A DNA stretch of 24,000 bases from positions 754,997 to 778,996 of the forward strand of contig NZ_CP027806.1 of the NCBI RefSeq assembly GCF_003353065.1, given 5' to 3'. Position 1 is the first letter of the stretch. Each line of letters opens with the position of its first letter. The translations under genes and the position numbers were made by a program. The notes beneath the pieces were generated by a model. It made no database searches. It saw only the letters and a program-made list of their open reading frames with translations, and was not told the origin of the DNA. Below, piece by piece: positions 7,065 through 15,094 of the stretch. This DNA comes from Cyclonatronum proteinivorum. Lineage in GTDB: Bacteria > Bacteroidota > Rhodothermia > Balneolales > Cyclonatronaceae.

Positions 7065-8540
7065 ATGAGCGATGAATTAGCAATTCCCGGAACACGGATA
7101 TTAAATGGTTTTTTCGGAACAGGCGAAGTTGCCGGCTTATCTGAAAACAAAGTATATATTCAATTTGACATTAAACGGAAGGCTACATTCACAGATCTAA
7201 GAATTGCTTTCAGAAAGGAGTTCGCATTTACAGATGTTGAACAAAAGCTGGCAGAAAGTCAATACACAGAGGTTCCGCTCGAAATCACAGACGATCGTAA
7301 CATCCATAAACTATGGGAATATATAGACGATAACTCAGGTATAAGCAATAATTCAACTGGTAATTCTGAAAGCTTCATCAAAAACGAATTGGATTGGATA
7401 TGCAACCTGCGAAGCACTAAGCCCATTTTACATCCGTGGCGTTATAGAAAATCAGACCAGTTGTTATGTGAACTCGTAAACAGAACCGTTTATTATTATA
7501 GTTCACACTATAAAATTGCGTTAAGAACTGAATATTCCTATGCAGATAAAAAGTTCAGGTTGAGACGTATAACTCCGGGTTTGGGCAAGGAATTGGAAGG
7601 GTTCTGTATTATGGGGACACCTTTGTACGGAATATCAAATAGCAGCAAGTCAGATGGTTTTTGGGTGATTAAGCATCATGGCGCCCCAATCACTGTTTTC
7701 GATCCCTTTTTTTCATATTCAAAATATATCTTAAAGCCCAACAAACCATTTCAATTTAAAATACTGGCCATAGCATTTGGCTGTTCCTATTCAGATTCCT
7801 CAAGTTTGATTGAGACGTACCTGGAAAAAGAGAACCACGAAATAAACACGTATTCTTTTTTGGGGAAGGTGAATGAGGTCAAAAACTATACGAGCAGTAA
7901 TATTGCAGAAAAACGATATTGCCATTCATTTTTAGAAATCAAAAACACAGGATTTGGGGCACAACATTTTATAGAAATAATGTTACCTGTCTTTTTTGAT
8001 AAAAGGTGTCCACGAGAAGGGGATTGGGTGAAAGGAAAATTATTCTTTGTTGGATTTCCTTCTCAAGCTGTTGATTGGTATGATGGTTGTGTAGTGTTAC
8101 CACGACAGTTCAATAAATTTCCCAAGTATAAACTTTGGAGAGGTTATTGCAAAAGCCTTGCACAGCAAGCTGTATCTATGTGTGATCATCTGGCAGAGCT
8201 TTGTTACCAAAACGACATAAAGGGATGTCGCATCAATATTTTGGAAAAGTATTATACCCCGGATCACTTCAATTATTCTCACAATGACAGGAACTTAAGT
8301 ATTATTCAATATTTATTTCGTTCGCTAATCAATAATTTAAAAAATGAACCATTAGAATTAGAACTTGCGGAGGTTGTGCTAAAGTTTGATTTCAAAAATC
8401 ACAATAGAGAAACTTCCTGTGTAGCTATTGCAACTGCTTTAATTAAAGATGTTAATGGGAAGGAAATTACATCAACCCACAAGCATGATTTGATATTGAA
8501 AGAACACCCTGAAACTAAAAATGTAAGAGACAAATTTTAA
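7065..8540 (+). CDS. protein of unknown function (491 aa)
   Basis: Long ATG ORF with normal codon texture. The N-terminus IPGTRILNGFFGTGEVAGLSENKVYIQFD resembles a small beta-barrel (CarD/tudor-like) pattern; no other family recognised. Confidence 0.8.
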   Translation: MSDELAIPGTRILNGFFGTGEVAGLSENKVYIQFDIKRKATFTDLRIAFRKEFAFTDVEQKLAESQYTEVPLEITDDRNIHKLWEYIDDNSGISNNSTGNSESFIKNELDWICNLRSTKPILHPWRYRKSDQLLCELVNRTVYYYSSHYKIALRTEYSYADKKFRLRRITPGLGKELEGFCIMGTPLYGISNSSKSDGFWVIKHHGAPITVFDPFFSYSKYILKPNKPFQFKILAIAFGCSYSDSSSLIETYLEKENHEINTYSFLGKVNEVKNYTSSNIAEKRYCHSFLEIKNTGFGAQHFIEIMLPVFFDKRCPREGDWVKGKLFFVGFPSQAVDWYDGCVVLPRQFNKFPKYKLWRGYCKSLAQQAVSMCDHLAELCYQNDIKGCRINILEKYYTPDHFNYSHNDRNLSIIQYLFRSLINNLKNEPLELELAEVVLKFDFKNHNRETSCVAIATALIKDVNGKEITSTHKHDLILKEHPETKNVRDKF

Positions 8541-8649
8541 TTTCAATATATTTATGACTTGCCAAAAGAGTAAATAGCCATCATTGAAAACCTTTAATCA
8601 AAAAATAGGTCACTTGAAATATTATTATGTCATCTCAAAACTTACTCTT

Positions 8650-8679
8650 AAAAAGCGTCCCCCGGGGCGCTTTTTTTTT
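8650..8679 (+). terminator. intrinsic terminator
   Basis: AAAAAGCGTCCCCCGGGGCGCTTTTTTTTT: GC-rich stem followed by a T tract, downstream of the 491-aa ORF. Confidence 0.8.
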
Positions 8680-8717
8680 GCCCAAAAATCCCCCAACCCG
8701 CATCAAAAAAAATCGGG

Positions 8718-8924
8718 TCAAGTACATTTCTTGGGGAGAACTCGATAATCAAGCAAAAAGTTTTTTGAGTTGGGTTCGCAAAAACCTTTAGATTCCCATT
8801 CATCGGGGGCATAACCAGGGGGAAGCTGATTCTTCTCCACCAGATAGGTGTGTAATGTTGAAGCGATAGCGCTACCCTCTATCCGGGCCTGCTCAAAACG
8901 CTCAATTTCAAACCGGTCCAGCAA
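8718..8924 (-). CDS. hypothetical protein (68 aa)
   Basis: MLDRFEIERFEQARIEGSAIASTLHTYLVEKNQLPPGYAPDEWESKGFCEPNSKN..., TTG start; plausible protein composition but no family recognised. Confidence 0.35.
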   Translation of the reverse strand: MLDRFEIERFEQARIEGSAIASTLHTYLVEKNQLPPGYAPDEWESKGFCEPNSKNFLLDYRVLPKKCT

Positions 8925-9163
8925 ACCAGCCGGTTAAAACAAGTGCATCAATTCTTTTTCCATACCCACAAAATAACACGAAATCAGATCCGCTCCCCAA
9001 GTATTTAACTTGATCCATTTAAAGTAGGTTTAACGATCTGCGATAGCATCATTCAGCTACTCGTATTTTGAGTGGTCTTTAAACATTTTACCGATGCCTG
9101 CACACAGCTAACAGATAGCTTTGCGAACGAGCAGCTAACCAAGGCCTCAAAAGATCAGCGCAC

Positions 9164-9461
9164 CTAATTATCTTTATTCGGATCATCCGGCAGCTGTTGC
9201 CGAACGTGCCAAATCGTGAGCATATCAATCTGAAGGGGCTTTATTTCATAAACTAACCGATAATTTCCGTGTATGATTTCTCTGATTTCAGGTCTTCGGA
9301 ACTCGGGTACCATTCTGCCCGATTGTGGTGCGCAGCCAATTGCTGGCAAAGTTCAAAGGCACCCTGTGCCCATTTTACGGCGGCCTGAATATCATCCGCT
9401 GCAATGTAGTCGGTGCACGCTTCAACCCGATCCAAAAACCGTTCGGTAAAATTAGCTTCAC
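9164..9461 (-). pseudogene. ParE/RelE-type toxin, frameshifted
   Basis: N-terminal part FTERFLDRVEACTDYIAADDIQAAVKWAQGAFELCQQLA and C-terminal part SGRMVPEFRRPEIREIIHGNYRLVYEIKPLQIDMLTIWHVRQQLP lie in two minus-strand frames switching near 9330-9350. Together they form a typical ParE domain. Confidence 0.7.
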
Positions 9462-9718
9462 TTTTTCAGGTGATTTTCAATACGTGCTTTGGCTTCGTCC
9501 ATGGTGTATGTTATCCCTTGTTCGACCTGTTGTTTTGCTTCGAGCAGGTCCTCAAGCAGCGCCAGCTTTTTTGAGATGCGCTCAAATTCGCCTATGTCCA
9601 TCAGCACCGCTGCCCCCTTGCCATGTTGCGTAAGTATGATCGGCTGTTTGTCTTTCTTCAGGCGTTTGATGAAATCAGCGGATTTCTTCCGAAACTCAGA
9701 AACCGGTTCAATATCCAT
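9458..9718 (-). CDS. Phd/YefM-family antitoxin
   Basis: MDIEPVSEFRKKSADFIKRLKKDKQPIILTQHGKGAAVLMDIGEFERISKKLALLEDLLEAKQQVEQGITYTMDEAKARIENHLKK. ATG at 9718 is preferred over the longer tracked start at 9781. Confidence 0.85.
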   Translation of the reverse strand: MDIEPVSEFRKKSADFIKRLKKDKQPIILTQHGKGAAVLMDIGEFERISKKLALLEDLLEAKQQVEQGITYTMDEAKARIENHLKK

Positions 9719-10185
9719 TGCAGTACATTTAAAATATTTTTTGTGTACTGGAAAGGAACTAAACAAGGCTCGCACACACAACTGAAGACGGTCTGCTGCA
9801 GCACATCCTAACTTTGCAAGCGAATGAACCCGATTTCAGGCCGTTTGGCTCATTCAGCCGTCTTTCTTTTTTGGGGGAACCCCTTGCACATCACTGGGTT
9901 TCATGCTTGTGAAAAATCCCAAACCGGCGGTGCACCCCGTGCTTTTTGAGGTTAGCGCTCCCTGTCAAAGTCTCGCAGCGGGGCTTTCAGAAGTACTGCT
10001 GAACTATGGGAGATTCGGTTTGTGAACAGGAAACATGAAATAAGCTACGACTTTTGGTAATGTACTCTGAGCCATTACAAAATCCCACAAAAAAACCGCC
10101 CGTTTTTTTGAAGTCGGTTTCGTCCATGCTACCTTCCTTTAAATCCATCCACCTCACCATTCCATAAATCAATCCCACCAATACC

Positions 10186-11067
10186 ATGAAAATCGCAGCC
10201 CTCCAAATGAACAGCCAACCTGATCTCGAACACAATCTGCGGCAGGCTTTTGAGCTGGTTGAATCTGCGGCGGGGGAGGGGTGTTCGCTGATTGGGCTGC
10301 CGGAGAATTTTGCCTGGCTGAGTGATGAGCGTTTGATGACGGATCAGGTGCGGGAGGTGAGCGCGGCTGTTTTGGAGCAGGTGCCGCAGTGGGCAAAACA
10401 TTTTGGAGTTTATGTGCTGGCTGGCGGTTATCCGGTGCCGGCAGGTGGAGACTCGGGTAAGGTGTTTAACCGTGCGCAGCTTTTTGGTCCGGAAGGTCAG
10501 GTTCTGGCGACCTATGACAAGATGCACCTGTTTGACGTGATCGTTTCCGAAGAGGAGAAGTATCTGGAGTCGGGCTACGTGCAGGCGGGCGAAGCGGTGC
10601 CGGTTACAGCCCGGATTTTCGACCGGTTTGGGAAGTCATCCCCCGAAACCAAAAACAAAGCCAAAATCCAACAGGCACAAAAAAAGCCCGAAAGTTTGAC
10701 CCTCGGGCTTTCCATTTGTTACGATCTGCGCTTTCCGGAGTTGTACCGGGCACTGACGCAGGCCGGGGCAGAACTGCTGTGTGTGCCCTCGGCTTTCACC
10801 CAAAAAACGGGGGAAGCGCACTGGCATACGCTGCTTCGGGCAAGGGCGATCGAAAATACGGCCTATGTGATAGCGCCGGCGCAGACCGGACTTCACGGTA
10901 AAAAAAGACAAACGTACGGTCATGCCCTGATTACCGATCCGTGGGGGCGTGTCATTGCCGAGGCGGCTGATGGCGCGAAAACCGCCGTCATAGCCGAAGT
11001 CGAGCCGCAGCTTCTTGCCGAAATCAGATCAAAGCTGCCCTGCCTTACGCACCGTCGGCTGACCTAA
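10186..11067 (+). CDS. carbon-nitrogen hydrolase (nitrilase/omega-amidase family)
   Basis: MKIAALQMNSQPDLEHNL..., GLPENFAWL (Glu), YDKMHLFDV (Lys), SICYDLRFPELYRAL (Cys), TVIAEVE: complete nitrilase superfamily signature. Confidence 0.92.
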   Translation: MKIAALQMNSQPDLEHNLRQAFELVESAAGEGCSLIGLPENFAWLSDERLMTDQVREVSAAVLEQVPQWAKHFGVYVLAGGYPVPAGGDSGKVFNRAQLFGPEGQVLATYDKMHLFDVIVSEEEKYLESGYVQAGEAVPVTARIFDRFGKSSPETKNKAKIQQAQKKPESLTLGLSICYDLRFPELYRALTQAGAELLCVPSAFTQKTGEAHWHTLLRARAIENTAYVIAPAQTGLHGKKRQTYGHALITDPWGRVIAEAADGAKTAVIAEVEPQLLAEIRSKLPCLTHRRLT

Positions 11068-11073
11068 AGTAAG

Positions 11074-11478
11074 TTATGCCGAAAGGAGTGGCTTGATGGC
11101 TTCGTGTTCGCTGAGTTTAGCGACCTGCTCTTTCACAACCGGTTTCGTGAAGTAATCTATCACCATGGGGTAGCTTTCGGCCCGCTCGCGGTCCGGATTA
11201 TCTACCGATGAGGTAATCATCACCACATAGAGCTTTGATTTCAGGTTTGCGGCGAGGTAGCCGTCCATAAATCCCCAGCCGTCCATAACGGGCATGTTGA
11301 TATCAAGGAGGGCAAGGTAGGCGATGTCGTCTGCGTCGTTTTCGATAATGTGATCAAGCGCCAGCTTTCCGTTCAGGAATTTCTTGGCGTCATTATGAAG
11401 TCCGGCCCTTGATACAAGGGTTTTGTGCAGCATAAGGGTGATTTGATCGTCATCAATGACTAAAACTTCAAATCTCAT
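11074..11478 (-). CDS. response regulator receiver domain protein
   Basis: VLVIDDDQITLMLHKTLV...YLALLDINMPVMDGWGFMDGYL...VVMITSSVDNPDRERA...DYFTKPVVKEQV: receiver-domain acidic pair, phospho-Asp, T/S and Lys positions. Confidence 0.9.
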   Translation of the reverse strand: MRFEVLVIDDDQITLMLHKTLVSRAGLHNDAKKFLNGKLALDHIIENDADDIAYLALLDINMPVMDGWGFMDGYLAANLKSKLYVVMITSSVDNPDRERAESYPMVIDYFTKPVVKEQVAKLSEHEAIKPLLSA

Positions 11479-11599
11479 AGGCTAAGTTTTCTGTACTGTT
11501 AGGTGATGAAACGCTCTGAGGCCGGAGGTGGAGGTCAGCTCGTGCATAATATAGATAAAGTAAGGCTGCGCAGCTTTATGGTTTTTGTTGAAGAGAAAA

Positions 11600-11964
11600 A
11601 TTGAGACTGCCTGTAAGCCGAATTCTGTGCCCTTATGGAATAAGGGTGGTAATCATTTATCTGGGATGCCGGTCACCCGGCACCTCAAGCGGCCTACCCG
11701 GCAGCATAGCAACCGGTGGTGCATACTGCCTGCTTGGCCTTGCACCCCGTGAGGTTTACCCTGCCGCTTTAGTCGCCTAAAGCGCGGTGGGCTCTTACCC
11801 CACCATTTCACCCTTACCCCGGCAAGCCGGGGCGGTATATTTTCTGTGGCACTGTCTGTATCCGCCATGAGGCGGACCCTTCCTGTTAGGAAGCACGGAA
11901 CCGGTAGGTGTTCGGACTTTCCTCCTTCTGAACAAGCAAAAGGCGATTACCCGGCAGCCTCAAT
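11600..11964 (-). ncRNA. rnpB: RNase P RNA component, bacterial class A
   Basis: Minus strand contains GGAGGAAAGTCCGAACACC, ACAGAAAATATACCGCC, GGTAAGGGTGAAATGGTGGGGTAAGAGCCCACCG, GGGTAAACC, ATGATTACC...ACAGAATTCGGCTTA. P1 pairing TTGAGGCTGCC (5') with GGCAGTCTCAA (3') sets the approximate ends. Confidence 0.93.
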
Positions 11965-12069
11965 AAACAGCAAAAAATAAAGAACGCTAATGTTTTCAGG
12001 ATGGCTTCAGCAAAGCGAGCAGTTGCGCAATAAATGTGCTGTAGCTCGTGAGCGTTTCAAGATAAGGAC

Positions 12070-12801
12070 TTAAACGCCTATCTTTTTCGCATTTTCGAAG
12101 AACTCAGGATCTACGACGATACGTCCGCTGTTTTCATCGATGACGATCTTGTCTTTGCGGCGAACTTCCATCTGAACCTGTGGCGGCATCATCATACCCA
12201 TGCATGCGCCGTTGACCATCGGGCTTACAGCTACCCCGTTTTTAAGTCCCTTGCGGAGCCGGTTGTAGCTGCGCAGGTACCTTTGGTTGAGCGTGCTTTC
12301 AGCTTCGTCACGACGCTCCAATAATTCTTTTTCTTCCTCCTGCGTGCGGGTGATCACATCCTTGAGATTTTTTTTCATCTCTTCGAGCTCGGCTTCTTTT
12401 TCCTTGAGCTGTGCCTTGCTCACTTCAAGCTCTTCCTCTATTTCTTTGGAAAGGATTTCAATTTCCGCAATTCTGGATGTTGCATTTTCAATCAGCTGCT
12501 GCTGCGCCTCCATTTCCTTGGTCAGGGCGTCGTACTCACGGTTGTTGCGTACGGTTGACTGCTGCGTCTCGTATTTTTCGATGAGTGCGTGTGCGTCGTC
12601 TTTTTCGAGCTCAAGTTTACCATGCTCAAGCTTGAAGTCTTTGAGCTGTGCCGTATTTTTTTTGATCCGTGATTCAATACGGGCGATATCGGTCTCGTGA
12701 TCTGCAATGTCTTCGGGCAGATCGCCGCGCATGCGTTTCAGTTCATCAAGTTTTGAGTCAATATACTGAAGGTTAACCAGTTGTTGTATAATGTCGCGCA
12801 T
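12070..12801 (-). CDS. C4-type zinc-ribbon-family coiled-coil protein with degenerate ribbon
   Basis: MRDIIQQLVNLQYIDSKLDELKRMRGDLPEDI... long coiled coil followed by GACMGMMMPPQVQMEVRRKDKIVIDENSGRIVVDPE. Synteny with NIF3 supports the assignment. Start at 12801 preferred over 12885. Confidence 0.8.
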   Translation of the reverse strand: MRDIIQQLVNLQYIDSKLDELKRMRGDLPEDIADHETDIARIESRIKKNTAQLKDFKLEHGKLELEKDDAHALIEKYETQQSTVRNNREYDALTKEMEAQQQLIENATSRIAEIEILSKEIEEELEVSKAQLKEKEAELEEMKKNLKDVITRTQEEEKELLERRDEAESTLNQRYLRSYNRLRKGLKNGVAVSPMVNGACMGMMMPPQVQMEVRRKDKIVIDENSGRIVVDPEFFENAKKIGV

Positions 12802-12809
12802 AAGGTAAC

Positions 12810-13865
12810 TTAGAGGGTTGTATGGGGATTTACTGAAACTGTGTTGCCTGATTTGGCAGGCCATCCCTGCATGGGGTTGGTGCAAACGCTTGTGCTGATG
12901 ACCTGCACGTCCGGAAAAGCGGAAGCGAGTTTTTGCTGCATAGCGGCAATAATGGGGGCCTCGGTTTCATAATGACCGGCGTCAATCAGGAGGAAACCTT
13001 TGGGTACAAAAAAGTCGTGGTACTTGATGTCGGCGGTTATAAAGGCCTGTGCGCCGGATTGCTGTGCCTTGCGAATCAGAAAACTGCCGGAGCCGCCGCA
13101 TACGGCAACTTTTTTTATGGCATCGGCCTCGCCTGAAAACCGGAGTCCGCTGCTGCCCAGCTTAGCTGCTACGTGATCTAAAAATGCCTGCTGCGTCATG
13201 GGCGACGTTGTTTTGCCGAGGGCACCGAAGCCGTACAGGGGGGAAGAGGATTCAAGCGCCACAATATCAAAAGAATGCGGGGCGCCGTCGAGGATTTGAA
13301 GCAGCCGGCTGCGTAATTCATTCAGCACATATACATCAGCGTTGAAGCGGGCTACGCTGATATTCATTTCCTCTTCAGACCAGCCGCAGTCCAGATCGAC
13401 ATTGCGGATAGCGGCTGATACCTCCGGTTTCAGCGCGGCGGGGAAACGGAAGATGACGCGTTTCATCGTCTTGTAGCTGTCGTCGAGCATGCTGATGTCC
13501 GTTAGCTCCAGGGTTTGGGCGAGCGCAAAGGAAACGCCGTCACGGGCTGCGTCGAGGTTGGTATGCGCAGCAATCACGCTGATGTTGTTCCGAATCAGGC
13601 TGTGGATAAGTGCGCCGGTTTCATCCGTCGTGACAACCCGTTTCAGTTTCGGGAAAATAAGGGGATGATGGGCGCAGATAAGCTGACAATTCCGGGCAGC
13701 AGCTTCATCAATCACGTCTGCCGTTACATCGAGGCAGCATAAAATTCCGGTTACGGGCTGATTGGGATTTCCGATGAGCAGGCCGGTATTGTCGTAGTCC
13801 TGTTTGGTAGCATTTGGGGCCCAGTGCTCGAAAAAATCGGAAATATGTCGGGTCAGCACGTTCAT
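12810..13865 (-). CDS. NIF3-like dinuclear metal centre protein
   Basis: YDNTGLLIGNPNQPVTGILCCLDVTADVIDEA, CAHHPLIFPKLKRV, AAHTNLDAARDGV, GSGSFLIRKAQQSGAQAFITADIKYHDFF, DAGHYETE: complete NIF3 signatures. Confidence 0.92.
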   Translation of the reverse strand: MNVLTRHISDFFEHWAPNATKQDYDNTGLLIGNPNQPVTGILCCLDVTADVIDEAAARNCQLICAHHPLIFPKLKRVVTTDETGALIHSLIRNNISVIAAHTNLDAARDGVSFALAQTLELTDISMLDDSYKTMKRVIFRFPAALKPEVSAAIRNVDLDCGWSEEEMNISVARFNADVYVLNELRSRLLQILDGAPHSFDIVALESSSPLYGFGALGKTTSPMTQQAFLDHVAAKLGSSGLRFSGEADAIKKVAVCGGSGSFLIRKAQQSGAQAFITADIKYHDFFVPKGFLLIDAGHYETEAPIIAAMQQKLASAFPDVQVISTSVCTNPMQGWPAKSGNTVSVNPHTTL

Positions 13866-14055
13866 CAGGGCGATAGTCGCTTTCCGGTTTGATCCGCTGC
13901 TAATAAAGCGGATAGGGTGAGCGGCTGACTTTGAGAAGCAATTTTCAATCGTGCTGCGGTAATCATGCAGGTTTCAAAGAAAATGAGAATGTAATGCAGA
14001 TTTGAAAAATACGACGAATTTGAGTTTAGTCCAATCTTTATATTGGTTATGTCCT

Positions 14056-14160
14056 TAGCCCGCATTATTCACGATGAAAAGGATTTGATTACCCGAGTGA
14101 TAGTTTAAATTTAGCTTAGCCTTGCCAGCAAGAAAATTTCTTGGTGAATAATGCGGGTTA
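14056..14160. repeat. 17-bp near-perfect inverted repeat around a ~71-nt spacer (MITE-like or hairpin element)
   Basis: TAGCCCGCATTATTCAC (14056-14072) and GTGAATAATGCGGGTTA (14144-14160) are reverse complements with one mismatch. Confidence 0.7.
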
Positions 14161-14244
14161 GCCCAATAAACGCAATCTGAATGTTTGCTAAACACGGGCC
14201 GTTTTAGAGTACCTATCCCAACTCCACCAATTTAAAGATCAATC

Positions 14245-14952
14245 ATGGCATACGAATATATTGACCGGAACCTCCAATCGCTGAAAACGCGCATCGAAGC
14301 TGCCTGTGCTGCATGCGGTCGTAATCCTGAGGATGTGAGGTTAATTGCGGTAAGCAAAACCAACCCCGTTGAAGCGGTTCGTGCCATGCGTGCGCTCAAA
14401 CAGCTTGATTTTGGAGAGAATAAGGTTCAGGAACTTGTGCCCAAAATGGAAGCGCTTGAAGCAGACAAAGATATTGTATGGCACATGATCGGCACGCTTC
14501 AGTCAAATAAAATCAAATATATAGCCGATCGCGTGGACTGGATTCACTCTGTGCCCAAGCTGAAAGCGCTTAAAGAAATAAACAAGCGTGCCGGTCAGGC
14601 AGGGCGCATCATCAATGTGCTGATTCAGGTGAACATCAGCGATGAAAACCAGAAATCGGGCTGTGAGCCTGATGATTTGCCTGCACTGCTTGAGGTGGCT
14701 GACAGCATGGCCAATCTCAAAGTGCGCGGTTTAATGGGGATGGCGTCATTCACAGACGATGAGGCAATTGTGAGGCCGCAGTTTCGCTTGTTACGGGTAT
14801 TGCTCGTGCAGGAGCAAAAAAAGGGGTATCAAAACCATGTGTTAACAGAGCTTTCTATGGGGATGACAAACGACCTCGAAATTGCCGTACAGGAAGGTGC
14901 AACCATGCTCCGTATCGGTACTGCACTCTTTGGTGCACGGGATTATGATTAA
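14245..14952 (+). CDS. yggS: YggS-family pyridoxal-phosphate-binding protein (PLP homeostasis)
   Basis: RLIAVSKTNPVEAVRAM, FGENKVQELVPK, WHMIGTLQSNK, IHSVPKLKALKEI, GLMGMASF, LSMGMTNDLEIAVQEGATMLRIGTALFG. Confidence 0.93.
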   Translation: MAYEYIDRNLQSLKTRIEAACAACGRNPEDVRLIAVSKTNPVEAVRAMRALKQLDFGENKVQELVPKMEALEADKDIVWHMIGTLQSNKIKYIADRVDWIHSVPKLKALKEINKRAGQAGRIINVLIQVNISDENQKSGCEPDDLPALLEVADSMANLKVRGLMGMASFTDDEAIVRPQFRLLRVLLVQEQKKGYQNHVLTELSMGMTNDLEIAVQEGATMLRIGTALFGARDYD

Positions 14953-15094
14953 AATTCACAGTTAGTTGCGGGAAACTCAAACAGGAAGTGCCGGCATATG
15001 AGCGATGTAGAAAAAAGAACCTGTCTCAAATAATTAATTATAATTAAATTGGGTGTAGCAAAAAAGCTCACCTCCAAAGCTTTCCTTACCATAT

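Noticed and set aside
7800-9150. Possible attC-like site after the 491-aa gene that would make it a third cassette
   Set aside because: No GTTRRRY/RYYYAAC pair, no complement to GTTAATCATA (6621) and no ~130-nt palindrome could be found; only an intrinsic terminator is present.
9987-10527. Minus-strand ORFs of 82 and 132 aa upstream of and over the carbon-nitrogen hydrolase
   Set aside because: The 132-aa ORF is antisense to the hydrolase start. The 82-aa ORF overlaps it and shows no recognisable family beyond a hydrophobic stretch, so it is not supportable as a gene.
11653-11868. 71-aa minus-strand ORF in the ORF track
   Set aside because: It lies entirely within the RNase P RNA, whose conserved sequence elements explain the region.
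12287-12700. 137-aa + strand ORF (serine-rich)
   Set aside because: Antisense to the coiled-coil region of the zinc-ribbon-family gene; low-complexity shadow translation.
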